A stretch of 64,000 nt of DNA from Octopus vulgaris. Its lineage: Eukaryota. Below, piece by piece: positions 1-13,721 of the stretch (the stretch's first letter is position 1; the number at the start of each line of letters is the position of its first letter). The stretch covers positions 4,030,001 to 4,094,000 of the forward strand of contig OX597842.1 in the NCBI GenBank assembly GCA_951406725.2, read 5' to 3'. The position numbers and the translations under genes were made by a program. The notes below the pieces were generated by a model. The model saw nothing but the letters and a program-made list of their open reading frames with translations, was not told where the DNA came from and made no database searches.

Positions 1-224
1 TGTTAGCGAATACACAAACAGAATCTGTCTACAATCCAATTCAACAACAATTACCCAGAATACAAGTATTAAAGTAACTTATTTAACTTAATTAGTTATC
101 TATCTACCTACCTACCCTTTTATCTAGTTGTCTCCCTGTCTGTCTATGTACCTATATTCATCCCCGTCAGCCTGTCTATCACGCACTGGATTTACCTGTC
201 TTTCTAACCTTCCATCTATCAGTT

Positions 225-850
<626 letters not shown>

Positions 851-1100
851 GTATCGCTATTCTCTCATAATTCCATTACCATTAAATATTGACATCTAAA
901 CCATCTAAAGCATCCCCAACACTAAAACCTCCAACTCTGTCTGTTACAATATTCCCAACGTGCTTAATATCGTGTTTGACATCTCGTCATTTAGATAAAT
1001 AACACCGGTGTCTCTCATGCTATAAAGTAAATTTATCTGCAAACACAATATATCTACAATGCGATGGCGGATTTCTGTCGCTCGACAACGAGGATTTGGT

Positions 1101-2904
1101 TACGAAGCTGAGCTGAAAAGTTCTTAGGCTGACCGTGAAGGAGTGATGCTAGAGCTGTGAAATCTTGCAGTCATTAATTTCAACCCTTCTTATTCATGAC
1201 TTCATTGCTTAAGACGGCGAACTGGCAGAATCGTTAGCACGCCGGCCGAAATGCTTAGCGGTATTTCGTCTGCTGCTACGTTCTGGGCTCAAATTCCGCC
1301 GAGATCGACTTTGTCTTTCATCCTTTCAGGGTCGATAAATAAAGTACCAGTTACGCACTGAAGTCGATGTAATCGACTTTATCCGTTTGTCTGTCCTTTT
1401 TTGTCCTCTCTGTGTTTAGCCCTTTGTGGGTAGTAAAGAAATAAGTATTTCGTCTGCCGTTACGTTCTAAGTTCAAATTCCGCCGAATTTGACTTTGCTT
1501 TTCATCCTTTCGGAGTCGATTAAATAAGTAGCAGTTACGCACTGGGGTCGATATAATCGACTTAATCCGTTTGTCTGTCCTTGTTTATCCCCTCTGTGTT
1601 TAGCCCCTTATGGGTAGTAAAGAAATAAGAATCGTTTGCACACCAAGTAATAAGACTTAGCTACAGTTCATTCATCGTTACGTTCTGAGTTCAAATTCCA
1701 CCGAGGTTGACTTTGTTTTTCATCTTTTCCGGGTCAATAAAATATATACCAGTTGAGGACTGGGGTCGATTTAATCGACTTACTCACTCACTCGAACTTG
1801 CTGGCCTTGTGCTAAAATTTGAAACCAATAACTGTGTTCTTTCATTCCTGGTTAACTGACATCTGATTGTTCACGGAACAGTTCAAAAATAACCAGTTGC
1901 AACTTCTCTTGAAAATGGACGAACTTCCGCATCGTGGTGTTATGAAGTGACTACAGGAAAAGAGTTTACGAGGATATTCAAGCTGACATGGTTGCTACAT
2001 CAAGGAATGATGCTCCAGCTTTATCAACAGTGCAAAAGTGAGCAGCTGAATTTAGGAAAGGAAGGATGAGTCTTGAAGATGACCCAAGGTCTGGAAGTCC
2101 TGCAACTGCCACCACCGAGGAAAACATTGATTGCGTTCACTCCATATTGTTGGATAACAGGCAATTGGTTATGTGTCAAATAGCCAATTCTATTAGGAGA
2201 GAGTTGAGAATATTCCGCACAATGAACTGGACACGACAAAGTATTCTGTTCGGTGGGTGCCAAGTCTTCTAACACCTGATCAAAAGCGCACCAAGCGGAA
2301 AGATCTGATTTTGTTTCAGGCTGATCCAGCTGGTTTCCTTGAACGCTCTCTAGCCCAGAATGAGTGTTGGTTTCATCCCTTTGAGTCAGGGACAAAGAGA
2401 CAAACCCTGCAATGAGAACACTCTTCCTCACCTGCTCCAAAGAAGGACAAGGTCATTTCATCTGCAGGGAAGGTAATGGCTTCAGTTTTTTGGAAGGCAA
2501 AGGGCGTTGTGTTTATTCACCATCTTCCAAAGTGTCACACCATCAATGGAGAGTACTATGCCAACTTGTAGAGGCAGTTACGAAAGGATGTCGAAAGGAG
2601 ACTCGTTTTATCAGGACAATGCTAGGCGCACAAGTCCTTGGTTTTAAAGGCTGCTGTGCGTGACTGAGGCTTTGAACTCAACCTCCTTATTCTGCTGAAG
2701 TGGTCGCATCTGACTATCATCTATTTCCCAACATGGAAAAACACTTGACTGAGAACCAGCATCGCAGTGAGGATGACTTCATATCTTCTGTTAATGACTC
2801 TTCTTCACCAATATGATCCAAGCACTGTCACGCTGATGGAAGAAGTGGGTCATATTCCATGAGAGTGTTTTGGTCAGCCTATGAACTTTTCAGGCGACCC
2901 TTGC
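1101..2904 (+). mobile_element. Decayed mariner (Tc1/mariner) DNA transposon with both TIRs, interrupted by a SINE array
   Basis: TIR ctgaaaagttc(t/a)taggctgacc at 1113-1134 and inverted at 2872-2893. Transposase remnants include SLEDDPRSGSP (2069) and PPYS...SDYHLFPNM (~2680-2740), with stops and frameshifts. Confidence 0.9.
1211..1829 (+). mobile_element. Head-to-tail array of three SINE-B units (tRNA-like head, Meta/MESC-like central domain)
   Basis: Repeated GCCTTTCATCCTTTCGGGGTCGATAAATTAAGTACCAG-type core. Units ~1211-1444, 1446-1627 and 1628-1829; same family at 16952 and 49133. The Meta assignment is from recall. Confidence 0.85.
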
Positions 2905-3056
2905 GCATGCGTGTTCGTGTGGGCGCGCGCGTGTGTGTACATACAGTAAATCCCCCCCCCCCCCAAAATAAACTAAGAACAAACACAAAAAACAACAATA
3001 CGAGGACGTGGTACATGTAAAGTATTAGCAGACACTCAGGGAGGGAAAAAAACGTG

Positions 3057-3092
3057 GTTTTTATGTTTCGAGCAAAGCTCTTCTTCAGAAAC
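3057..3092 (-). ncRNA. Minimal type I hammerhead motif (stem III degenerate)
   Basis: Reverse complement GUUU CUGAAGA A GAGC uuu GCUC GAAA CAUA AAAAC. Lies in a repeat also present at 56040-56300. Confidence 0.65.
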
Positions 3093-3228
3093 AGGAGATA
3101 GAGGAAAGTCCAATAAGAAGACGGAGGTGACAAAGGAATAAATGCTCGTCTTATGGACTTCATTAGCTTACAGCTGTTTCTGCTCTGAGATGTAGTGAAC
3201 TCATAGTTGAGTGTCTGAGTAACACCTT

Positions 3229-3597
3229 GGCTGTGTGGTAAGTAGCTTGTTTACCAGCCACATGGTTCTGGGTTCAGTCCCACTGCGTGGCACCTTGGGC
3301 AAGTGTCTTCTACTATAGCCTCGGGCCGACCAAAGCCTTGTGAGTGGAAAGAAGCCCGTCGTATATATATATGTATATATATATGTGTGTGTGTGTATGT
3401 GTCCGTGTTTGTCCCCCTAGCATTGCTTGACAACCGATGTTGGTGTGTTTACGTCCCCGTTACTTAGCGGTTCGGCAAAAGAGACCCATAGAATAAGTAC
3501 TGAGCTTACAAAAGAATAAGTCCCGCGGTCGATTTGCTCGACTAAAGGCGGTGCTCCAGCATGGCCGCAGTCAAATGACTGAAACAAGTAAAAGAGA
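3229..3597 (+). mobile_element. SINE-A (tRNA head, CORE-like CACCTTGGGCAAGTGTCTT, internal microsatellite, tail ...GACTGAAACAAGTAAAAGAG)
   Basis: Near-identical copies throughout the window. Confidence 0.92.
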
Positions 3598-3648
3598 AAA
3601 AAATATGTATCAATGTAATTCTTTTCCCAAACTGCAGTTCATATTCAA

Positions 3649-3729
3649 GGCTCTGATGAAGCTATAAGGTGTTACACAGGCACTCAACTCTGAGTCAACC
3701 GCGTTTTATAGCAGAAACAGTTGTAAGTT
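3649..3729 (+). ncRNA. Type I hammerhead motif with long stem II
   Basis: GGCU CUGAUGA A GCUAUAAGG...UUUUAUAGC A GAAA CAGUUGU A AGUU. Intact core, GUA cleavage triplet. Confidence 0.7.
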
Positions 3730-3789
3730 AAGGAAGTGCATAGGATAATTGGTTATTCCTTTATCTTCTTATTTTTTCATATATATCAC

Positions 3790-3938
3790 CTTGATCACTT
3801 TGACCGACCAGTCCGCCAGGCGTCCATTTGACACCGCTGGTCACAGCACGCTGTCCACTCCTCTCTGGATCGCGCCTTTCTCATCCACGTGATCCCAATC
3901 GTCCTCTTGAAATCGTAACTCCACCGTCGTGGAGGTCT
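3790..3938 (-). mobile_element. 3' terminal fragment of an RTE-clade LINE
   Basis: Minus strand reads RPPRRW...W...REEW..CDQR-like, a typical RTE C-terminus. The tail is shared with SINE-C at 33968. Confidence 0.55.
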
Positions 3939-4799
3939 TTATATATATATGTATATATATATATATACATAACGAAAACGTGAACATTTTGTAATATGTG
4001 GCACAAGAATGGAAACTCGCCGTGCACTCATTAACGGATTCTGGAGCATTAAGTGAGTATGACTGCTCGATACACGACCCCGCCTTCTGAACGGAATACG
4101 AATCTGTCAGAATTCCATCTCACCCCTAACTGGTGTTATTGAGCCCTAATTTCAATCGAGTGGCCTGAAACAACCAAAAGTGGAGGACCTTGTTCAAGGA
4201 CGCAGTGCACTGCCCAGGCCGGGATTCGAGCCCAAGCCCTTAAAATCATGACAGCTACAACATGCTTGCTATTTCGGTAGTGCCTTCATATGTGTACATT
4301 ACTAAGAGGTGTACCTTACGTGTGTGTATGTGTATGCGTGCTTATAGCTGTTTACGTTATATGTGTATATGAGTGCGTGGATCAGTCTGTGTGCATGTGT
4401 GCGCCGGTGCGTATCTACGCGCACGAACGCGTGTGTGTGTACGTGCGTGCGTGCCTCTGTGCGTGTGTGTGTATGAACTGTGTATGGTGTATGCGTATGT
4501 GAATGTGTGTATATGTCAACATATTTGCGTATATATATATATATACACACATACATACATACATACATATATATACATACATACATATATATACATATAT
4601 ATGTAAATATACATATGTATGCATGTATGTATGTATGTATGTGTGCACGTATGTGCTTGTGTATGTGCGTGCGTATGTGTGTGTGTATGTATGTATGTTT
4701 GTATGTATGTGTGTGCGTATGTGTGATACGGTTGTGGGGTGTCATGTAACACACCGCAAATCAATGTAAATGAATCAAATGATTGATGAGGGAAAACGA

Positions 4800-6350
4800 T
4801 ACCATCACCACCACCACCACCACCCACACCACCACTACCACCAGCCCCACCACCGCCACTCACAACAAGCAACCATTATCACCAACGACACAACCATCAT
4901 CTCTGGAACTAACAGCATCAACATCATCATCATCACCATCACTGCCATCACCACTAACATTACCTGCCACCACTACTACCACCATCACCACCACCATCAC
5001 CATCATCACAACCATCAACACTGCCACAATACCACCACCACCATTTCCACCACTATTTTCACCACCATTTCCATCACTATTATCACCACCACTACCACAA
5101 CCACCACTACAACAACCACCACTACCACAACCACCACCACCACTACCACAACCGCCACCACCACTACCACAACCACCACCACTACCACAACCACCACCAT
5201 CACTATTATCACCACCAGCACCGACATCACTACCACTACCACAACCACCACTACCACCATCACCACCACAATCACCACCACCACCACCGCCATCACTACC
5301 ACGACCACTATCACTGCTACCACCATCATAACCAACAACAACACCAACATCCCGTACTTCACAACTACTACTCCCACCAATACCAACACCAACATCATGA
5401 AGAACAGCACCATCACCATCCCCATAACCGCCTGCATCAACTTCACCACCAACGACAACACAAATATGGACATCACCACCAACAACAACAACTACAACCA
5501 ACCAGGATCGCCAACAACAACGCCGCCGTCAACACCACTACCACGAATATAAATATCAGCAACAACAACAACAACAACCGCAGCGCCACCACAACCAAAA
5601 CATCACCAACATACCACCACCAACATTATAACCAACTGTTACTACTACCACTACAATAGATCTATCTATTCATCCATCAATATCAAGGACCACCACAACC
5701 ACCACCGGATGTACCATCAGTACTACAACACACCGTCATCACTCTCCCTACCATCAGAACCGCAATTACCATTACCACATCCACTATCATCATCATCACC
5801 ACCAACAACACCATCACTTCCACCACTACCACCATCACCACTACACTCACCATTATTACCATCAACGTCATTGTCACCACCACCACCACTACCACCATCA
5901 CCACTACACTCACCATCATTACCATCAACGTCATTGTCACCACCACCACCACCACCACCACCACCACCACCACTACCACCATCACCACTATACTCACCAT
6001 CATTACCATCAACGTCCTTGTCACCACCACCACCACCACCACCAACACTACCACCATCGTCACCGCCACCACTATTACAACATCCACCACCACTACTAGC
6101 ACCACTACGACCATCACCACATCCACCCCCACCATCAGCATCACCACAAGCACCATCATCATGACCACTACCACAAACAACAACAGTACAAGCAACCATT
6201 ACCTCCACAATCACCACCACCACCACCACCACCACCACTCCATTTCCACCACCACTTACGACAGATTCACCACCAACACTATCATAGCAACCAAACCACC
6301 GCCATCCAATACCAAACACCACCACCACCACCATCAACCGCCCAACCAAT
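4800..6350. repeat. Degenerate (ACC/CAC/CAT)n low-complexity tract
   Basis: Trinucleotide-derived; yields poly-Thr/His/Pro in all frames. Confidence 0.92.
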
Positions 6351-6555
6351 CACCTACTGTTATCAGTTCCGTCAACCATATTTCAAAATTATAGAAGTCA
6401 AAAACAAAGGAAAAAAAAACAACAAAAAAACATAGATACATGTCTATCCATCTACCTGTCTGTCTGTCTGTCTGTCTGTCTATGTATTTATCAATCTATT
6501 TACCTATTAATCTAGCTACCTGTCTTTCTTTCTCTCCCTCTCTCTCTACATTTAT

Positions 6556-6607
<52 letters not shown>

Positions 6608-6700
6608 ACATACAAATATACATACACAAATATACACACACATATATATATATGTATATATATGTGTATATATACATATATATATATGTGCGTGTATGTA

Positions 6701-6734
<34 letters not shown>

Positions 6735-6745
6735 CATATATACAT

Positions 6746-6835
<90 letters not shown>

Positions 6836-6838
6836 TAC

Positions 6839-6894
<56 letters not shown>

Positions 6895-7134
6895 ATAAAT
6901 ACGTCTATCAATCCATCCATCTTTATCCATCTAGATATCTATCTATTTGTCTATCGATATTTCTACCAATATGTGTGTGTGTGTGCGCGTGTGTTTATGT
7001 GAGTGTGTGTATGTGAGTGTGTGTGAGTATGTGAGTGTGTGTATGTATGCGTGTTTGTGTGTGTAAAGCGCACACAAACCCGAGGTACTAAGGACTAAAA
7101 GCAAACGCCATTATTGTTGTAGTATTGTTGTAGT

Positions 7135-7165
<31 letters not shown>

Positions 7166-7536
7166 ATGGAACCAATAATAATTGTTTTTATTATAGGTGG
7201 CCATCATCACGCTGGCAGAAGTGATCTGTTACCATGGTAACTAAATGATACATATGTTTGACATAGATGTGTGTGTTGGTGTGTATGCATACATCATTAT
7301 ACCTATGTACATATATGTAGATGTGTAATATGTGTGTGTGCGTATATATATGAGTTTGTGTGTGTGTGTGTGTGATAATGCCATTATTTACTCCAAGATT
7401 TCAATTATTTATTTATTTATTTATTTACTTGTCTATTTACAAAATGTAATTTCGAACAAACCAAATACTTGCAAGTCTGTTTACTTATAAACATACAGAC
7501 ACTCACACACACACACAGATACACACACAGATATAT

Positions 7537-7582
<46 letters not shown>

Positions 7583-8658
7583 AGTATATATTATTAGTAT
7601 ATATGGTAGCTATATTATCAGGTCGTGCTATTAAGTTAGACACGGCCTGGACCAATCTTTGGTCGAAACATATCTAAGTTTATCTAAGTTTGACGTCCTG
7701 TTTTTGTTATTATTATTATTGTTTTTACGTATTTTTGTATTCTTATTCGTGTAACATTGTCCATTTTCCGTCTTTGTTTTGTATACATTCGAGGCTTTCT
7801 TCCAAGGAATCTAATGCGCTTGGCTTAGATTTTCCTTTGGGGCTGGCCAGATTGGAGCAATCTCAAGATTAATCAGCCGAAATTGCGAGGATGATCCGGT
7901 TCTTGACTGAAGATTGAAGGCTTCGAATGTCCCGTCCGTGTTTTTTGTATCGTCTTCTAAATGTTTTGCGTTCTTGTCCCAGTTTGTATTTTTCTACATA
8001 TAATATATATATATATATAGTGAAAACTTACTAAGAAGTGGATGATAATTAATAAATAAAGTATATGCATATATACATACATATATGTACGTACCTACAT
8101 ATATATGTATGTATACATGCATATATGGGTACAGGACACCAAAAAAAAACGTCGAACACAATGAGAAACGAAAACATAAAAACAAAACCAAGGAAATGGA
8201 CATTATTTTAAACAACGAAAAAACAGAGTAAAAAACATACAACACAAGGAAAATTCCCCTTCTTCAGCCGCCTCTGTTTCGTCTACTCCGTGTTTCGAAG
8301 GTAAAGGTATATATATTTATATATATGTATATATATATATATACAAGGAGACAGACAGACAGACAGACAGAGCGGGGAGTGTGTTATTAGTGAGGGATTA
8401 TCAATCCTGGTAAAATACTTTAGAAGCTCCCTGTTAGTAAACCAGGCTAACAATACTGTTTAGGTTAGTAAAGAACTCCAAGGATTCTTGTGGCGGGGTC
8501 CCAGATTTTAGTTCATCACCATTCTATATTCTAAATCCATGGTTCTGTTCCCGATTATTCTGTTGTTTCTTGTTTTTTTTTCTTAACACAGAATGATATA
8601 CAGACGAAGTACAAATAATGGTCATTACATGCATTTGTTTATTGTAGTAAATAGATAG

Positions 8659-8707
<49 letters not shown>

Positions 8708-8714
<7 letters not shown>

Positions 8715-9850
8715 AGCTATGCAGGGCCGAACACATAGGGGACAATACAATGTAGAATTTTTCTTTTCGCAACCGATCAAAAGGCATTGAAAGACGTTTT
8801 GGTGCGTGTACACAAGTAGATAACAAAGATTCGTTTTTAACAATTAAAATTTCCAAAAAGAAAATAACACTGACTAGAGCTATCTGTGGAGAGAAAATCC
8901 TACGAAAAAAAACCTCGGAAAAATGAAAAACAGTATGAGAGCAAAGTGCCCTCTCTCGTTTTGTTTTATAAGTTCATGCTCAAAGTGATTCTGTGATGCG
9001 TACCATCTTTGCTACATTCATCCACCTTTTATTAAACCTTTCATTAGACAAAACTTCCGTCTCTAATCTTACCTTCCTTTTCAAGTAATACTTGAAAAAG
9101 TTGGTGAGAGGTTGGCCAGAGAGGAAATTATTTGTCTCTAAACCTTTCAACTGAGTCCACCATACACATTTTTTCACCATAGCCACCAGTACGATGAAAA
9201 CTGCCTTGCCTTCCCGGTTAAAGGAAGGTGGCGGGGCAATATTTACGATAGACTCGGCTGACAACCGGACTCGTCTCACACGTGACAGTAGCCGTTCAAC
9301 ATCGACACACAGGTCTAAAAAATTTGGACATTGCATGAGCGCGTGCAGAACGGTTTCGTCGGGCAGGTCGGTCCGGTTTTTCTGTAGACCTTATATCGAA
9401 CGGTCAATGATTCCCGATAGCATTGCCAGGCCAGGGATCTCTGGAAGTTGTCCATAGGTCCTTGCCCGAATGTGGTCCTGAAGAGGCAGGTCAGGTATTC
9501 CCCGTCAACGTCCAGAATCTCCCCAAGAACGTCCTCACACCCCCCTCCATTAATCCTCTATAGAACGCGTTTGTGGAATTGAAATCGCACAAGTTTGAAG
9601 CCGAATGGAAGAGCTGATCGAGAGCATGGCGACACTCGCGGTACCATTCGCCCAGCCTCGGTCTCTGCTTGATCCATGATTGCAGTTCGGTCAATGAGAC
9701 GAGCTGCGGGAAAGCGCAACTCACAAACGGCGACCACACCTGTTCACCGTCGTCTATGAAACGCTGGCGATGTCGCGATCTCAGTGTATGTCTGCACGTC
9801 ATCATCAACCACGGCATACCCAGCCCTCCATTTCGCGGCCATTTGCCATT
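8708..9850 (-). mobile_element. 5'-truncated Tx1/L1-clade LINE (ORF2 C-terminus plus 3' UTR)
   Basis: Minus-strand peptides GGLGMPW (~9810-9830) and ETVLHALMQC (zinc-knuckle remnant, ~9325-9357), ORF 8980-9336. The 3' end abuts (AG)n. Confidence 0.75.
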
Positions 9851-9977
9851 CTACCGTGTCACCTGGCGGTGTGGGTAACAGTGCTGGTTTGCTGTTAGTG
9901 TTTTCCACCTCAGTCGAATGATTAAAACAGGTAAAAGATAAAGGTAAGCTTTATATCTAGCGGACATCTTGCTCGAA

Positions 9978-10109
9978 CACCGAATACTACGTTATTAGCC
10001 TTGAGAGACCATCTCATATAGGCGCTTGGTGCATGAATGCACACATATTATACACTAAGTGCCTATATTAGAAGAAGGTTTTTCAAGGCTAATAATGCAG
10101 TTTTCGGTG
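9978..10109. repeat. Imperfect fold-back palindrome
   Basis: caccgaatactacgttattagccttgaga pairs with tttcaaggctaataatgcagttttcggtg; inner arms atataggcgcttggtg and cactaagtgcctatat. Confidence 0.85.
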
Positions 10110-10194
10110 CTCTGACTAGACATTCATGTTTTGTGGGATATAAAGATTAACTTCTCATATTAATACTGCTTCCGTCGCTAATATATAAATAAAT

Positions 10195-10336
10195 TAGAAA
10201 AAAAACACCTTTTATCAATTCAAAATGAAAAATTAAATTACACCATCTAGAAAATTACATATAATCTATAATATGTAATTTTCTAGATGGTGTAATTAAT
10301 TTTTCATTTTGAATTGATACAAGATGATTTTTTCTA
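10195..10336. repeat. Near-perfect ~140 bp palindrome in a TA tract
   Basis: ...caccatctagaaaattacatat and atatgtaattttctagatggtg... form arms of ~65 bp. Confidence 0.92.
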
Positions 10337-10413
10337 TATATATATATATATATATAATATTTTGTGAAATTTGATTTAGTATTTCTAAATTGAATTTTGG
10401 AATGATATTCCTT

Positions 10414-10479
<66 letters not shown>

Positions 10480-10602
10480 TATATACATACATATATGTAC
10501 ATACCTACATGCATATATGGGTACAGGACATCAAAAACGCGTTGAACACAAGGAGGAACGAAAACATAAAAACAAAAACATAGAAAACGAACTTTTTTTC
10601 GA

Positions 10603-10948
10603 AGGTGTTAAGAAAGACCTACATTGCTAGAAATAAGAGCTAAACTGCTCTAATGCTGTAGTCAACGCACATGAATAAAAACATAGATATGAAAGCGTAT
10701 GTATATGTTTTCATTCATGCGTGTTGACTAATGGCGAAGCAATTCCGGAAAGAGCCGAACAAGCAAGCGGTCTTAACTGATGAGGCAATGGAAATTGCGG
10801 AAACTGATGTCAGTATTAAGAATTCTTGATCGGCGCTTTTGGGATTATTGTCCCTGTTAGAGTATATGCTTTCATTCTTGTGTGTTAACTACAGCATTAG
10901 AGTATTTTAGATCTTATTTCTAGCAATGGAGGTGTTTCCTAACATCCT
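10603..10948. repeat. Fold-back element enclosing a hammerhead-like motif (10772-10820, +)
   Basis: Arms cattgctagaaataagagctaaactgctctaatgctgtagt and actacagcattagagtattttagatcttatttctagcaatg. Inner CUGAUGA G GCAAU ggaa AUUGC G GAAAC UGAU GUC, with poor stem I. Confidence 0.75.
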
Positions 10949-11043
10949 TGTCGCATTTAGTGACAATTATAAGTCTCCTTTTTTGGTGAAACTGCTGTTT
11001 ATATTAGTTGTGTGTGTGTGTGTATGAAAATCGTTATATATCA

Positions 11044-11173
11044 GGGCATATAAACCCGCGACGGAAACAAACGGTATAATCGGTCAGCACACTTATCGCG
11101 AATATTAGAGTTGTGGGTCGATTCACCGGCGTACTAGAACTTATTTGTTTTCCGTCGAAGGCTTAGATGTCCC
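11044..11173. repeat. Short imperfect inverted repeat
   Basis: gggcatataaacccgcgacggaaacaaa versus tttgttttccgtcgaaggcttagatgtccc. Confidence 0.7.
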
Positions 11174-11250
11174 AATATTAGGTTATTTTCTATAATCAAT
11201 ATATGGTGATCACTTATAAGCTTCAAGCTTTACAGAATATATATATATAC

Positions 11251-11494
11251 ACAAAATGGGACAACAACACAAAACATCCGGACAGCTAGGTGATACAAAA
11301 GGGGACAACAAAACATCCAGGCAAGGACGGGTCACTCGAAGTTTTCTTACCTCAGTACCAGATTATCCTCGCAAGAATAATCAGCCGAAATTGCGAGAAT
11401 GACCCGTCCTTGTTTTCTTTGTATCGTCTATGTTTTATTGTCCCTTTTGTATCACCTAACTGTCTGGATGTTTTGCTTTCTTGTCCCATTTTGT
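11251..11494. mobile_element. Fold-back element (ACAAAATGGGACAA termini), probably Penelope-derived
   Basis: Long inverted arms flanked by TA repeats; same family at 7870-7990 and 49989-50139. Confidence 0.8.
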
Positions 11495-11740
11495 ATTATA
11501 TATAAATATATATATATTATCTCCCTCATTATTTAAATGATAAAATAAATATGTTCTCTAATAGGCAGCATTAACCGCAGTAAATTATTTACTGCGGATT
11601 TTGTTTCCGGAATTTTAGCGCGCCAGAACTAAGACATTTGAAATTAACACCAATGTAATCGGTGAAGCTAAGCACGTGTCTGTTTTTATACGGAATACTG
11701 GTGGTTAGCTTTACAAATTGCATTACCTATGGAACGATCG

Positions 11741-11813
11741 CATACTGACGAGCCTACGGACAATGGATTACATAAGTGATTCATTCGTTAATAGGCGAAA
11801 CCGCCGGTCTGTG
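11741..11813 (+). ncRNA. Canonical type I hammerhead ribozyme
   Basis: CAUA CUGACGA GCCUA [inner hairpin aauggauuac/gugauucauu] UAGGC GAAA CCG C CGG UC UGUG. All core nucleotides and three stems present, GUC triplet. Confidence 0.85.
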
Positions 11814-12002
11814 AGTAATTCTGTTTCTTTATATAATTTTCATCTGTCTTGCCCGCATTTGTTCTGGTGTCCGCTGAATTTTCCTCTAGAGAACATTCCT
11901 TTCTTTGTAGTTTGGTCGTAGGTGATCTACTTCTAGCATACGGCCGACCACCTAGTGGTTTTTGCCCTTCAAATATACACATGTATTAAATATATATATG
12001 TA

Positions 12003-12067
<65 letters not shown>

Positions 12068-12068
<1 letters not shown>

Positions 12069-12212
12069 AGAGGGTTCTTTTCAGTTTCCGTCTACCAAAT
12101 CCACTCACAAAGGTTATAGCAGAAGACATTCGCCAAGGTGTAACGCAAAAGAACTGAAGCTGGAACAATGTGGTTGGCAGGCAACCTACTTACCACAGAG
12201 CCATGCCTGCGC
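12068..12212 (-). mobile_element. SINE-A head fragment
   Basis: tttcagtttccgtctaccaaatccactcacaaagg matches SINE-A. Confidence 0.8.
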
Positions 12213-12490
12213 TTATATATGTGTGAGTGTGTGTGTGCATGTGTTTGTATGTATATAGTTTTGCCATTCACTAACGGATAATTGCTAGCGCGTGGTGGTG
12301 AGGTGAAATAATAAAGAATATAGGCTTATCTTCATTTTGATTAACATCAAGTAATGAAACTTGATTGATCACCTGAAAATCCGGAAACGGTGAAACTGTT
12401 AGCGGGAATGTAACAGAAGGAGATTCCAGCCATTAGTTATACGGATATATATATATATATACACACATATATACATACATATATATATAC

Positions 12491-12550
<60 letters not shown>

Positions 12551-12989
12551 AGTTATGTATATATATATATATATATATATATACATACATACATACATAC
12601 ATACATATGTGTGTGTGTGTTTATGAATATACATACATGTGTATGTTTTTACATATGTATAAACGTGTGTTTATATGACTATATATGTGTAAATTTACAA
12701 ATGGATGAATATATGCATACGTAAATTTATGTATGGCTATGTACATGCATACATACGTATAAGTAGATATATATATATATTTATATTTATATGTACGTAT
12801 ATGTATGCACATATACATTTGTACATATGTATGTGTGTATGTATGTATGTATGTATGTATGTATGTATGTATGTATGTATGTATGTATGTATGTATGTAT
12901 ATGTGTGTATGTATGTATGTATATGTGTGTATGTATTACATTTGTTTGTCGTATACATAATGTGATAAGCAGCTGTTTCTTGTATTGCA

Positions 12990-13124
12990 TGATGATGGTG
13001 GAGGTGGTGGTGTTGATGGTGGTGGTGGTGGTGATGACGATGATGATGATGATGAGGAGGAGGAGGAGGAGGAGGAGGAACAGGAGCAGAATGGTGGTGG
13101 TGGTAATGGTGGTGGTGGTGGTGG

Positions 13125-13173
<49 letters not shown>

Positions 13174-13487
13174 AATGATGATGATGATAATGATGATGAA
13201 TATGATGAGGAATTCATACTATCGATATTTCAGTTGTTGCTGTTGTGTTTCTCGTTGTCATGGTTGTCTTTTTAGTGGCGGCGAAGGAGCTGGTGGTGGT
13301 GGTGGTGGCAATTGATGTTTTGGTTGTCGATGTTCTTCATCATCATCATCATCATCATCGCTATCATCGCCACCATATTATCATCATCTTCATTGTTATC
13401 GTCATCATCATCATAAACATCAATTATCCTCACCACCACCACCATCAAAATCATCATCATCATCATTATCGCCATCATCACCACCAT

Positions 13488-13531
<44 letters not shown>

Positions 13532-13560
13532 AATTATCAACATCAATTATCATCATCATC

Positions 13561-13594
<34 letters not shown>

Positions 13595-13622
13595 TCATTA
13601 TCGCCATCATCACCACCATATT

Positions 13623-13654
<32 letters not shown>

Positions 13655-13689
13655 AATCATCAACATCAGTTATCATCATCATCATCACC

Positions 13690-13721
<32 letters not shown>

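Noticed and set aside
4770-6349. Mucin-like or poly-His/Thr/Pro ORFs
   Set aside because: Degenerate trinucleotide repeat open in most frames, with no domain or splice evidence.
7645-7675. GACCA/UGGUC GAAAC half motif
   Set aside because: The CUGANGA box is absent.
12370-12404. CUGAAAA..CCG/CGG..GAAAC UGUU motif
   Set aside because: G8 is lost without compensation and stem I does not pair; at best a decayed HHR, so it was not counted.
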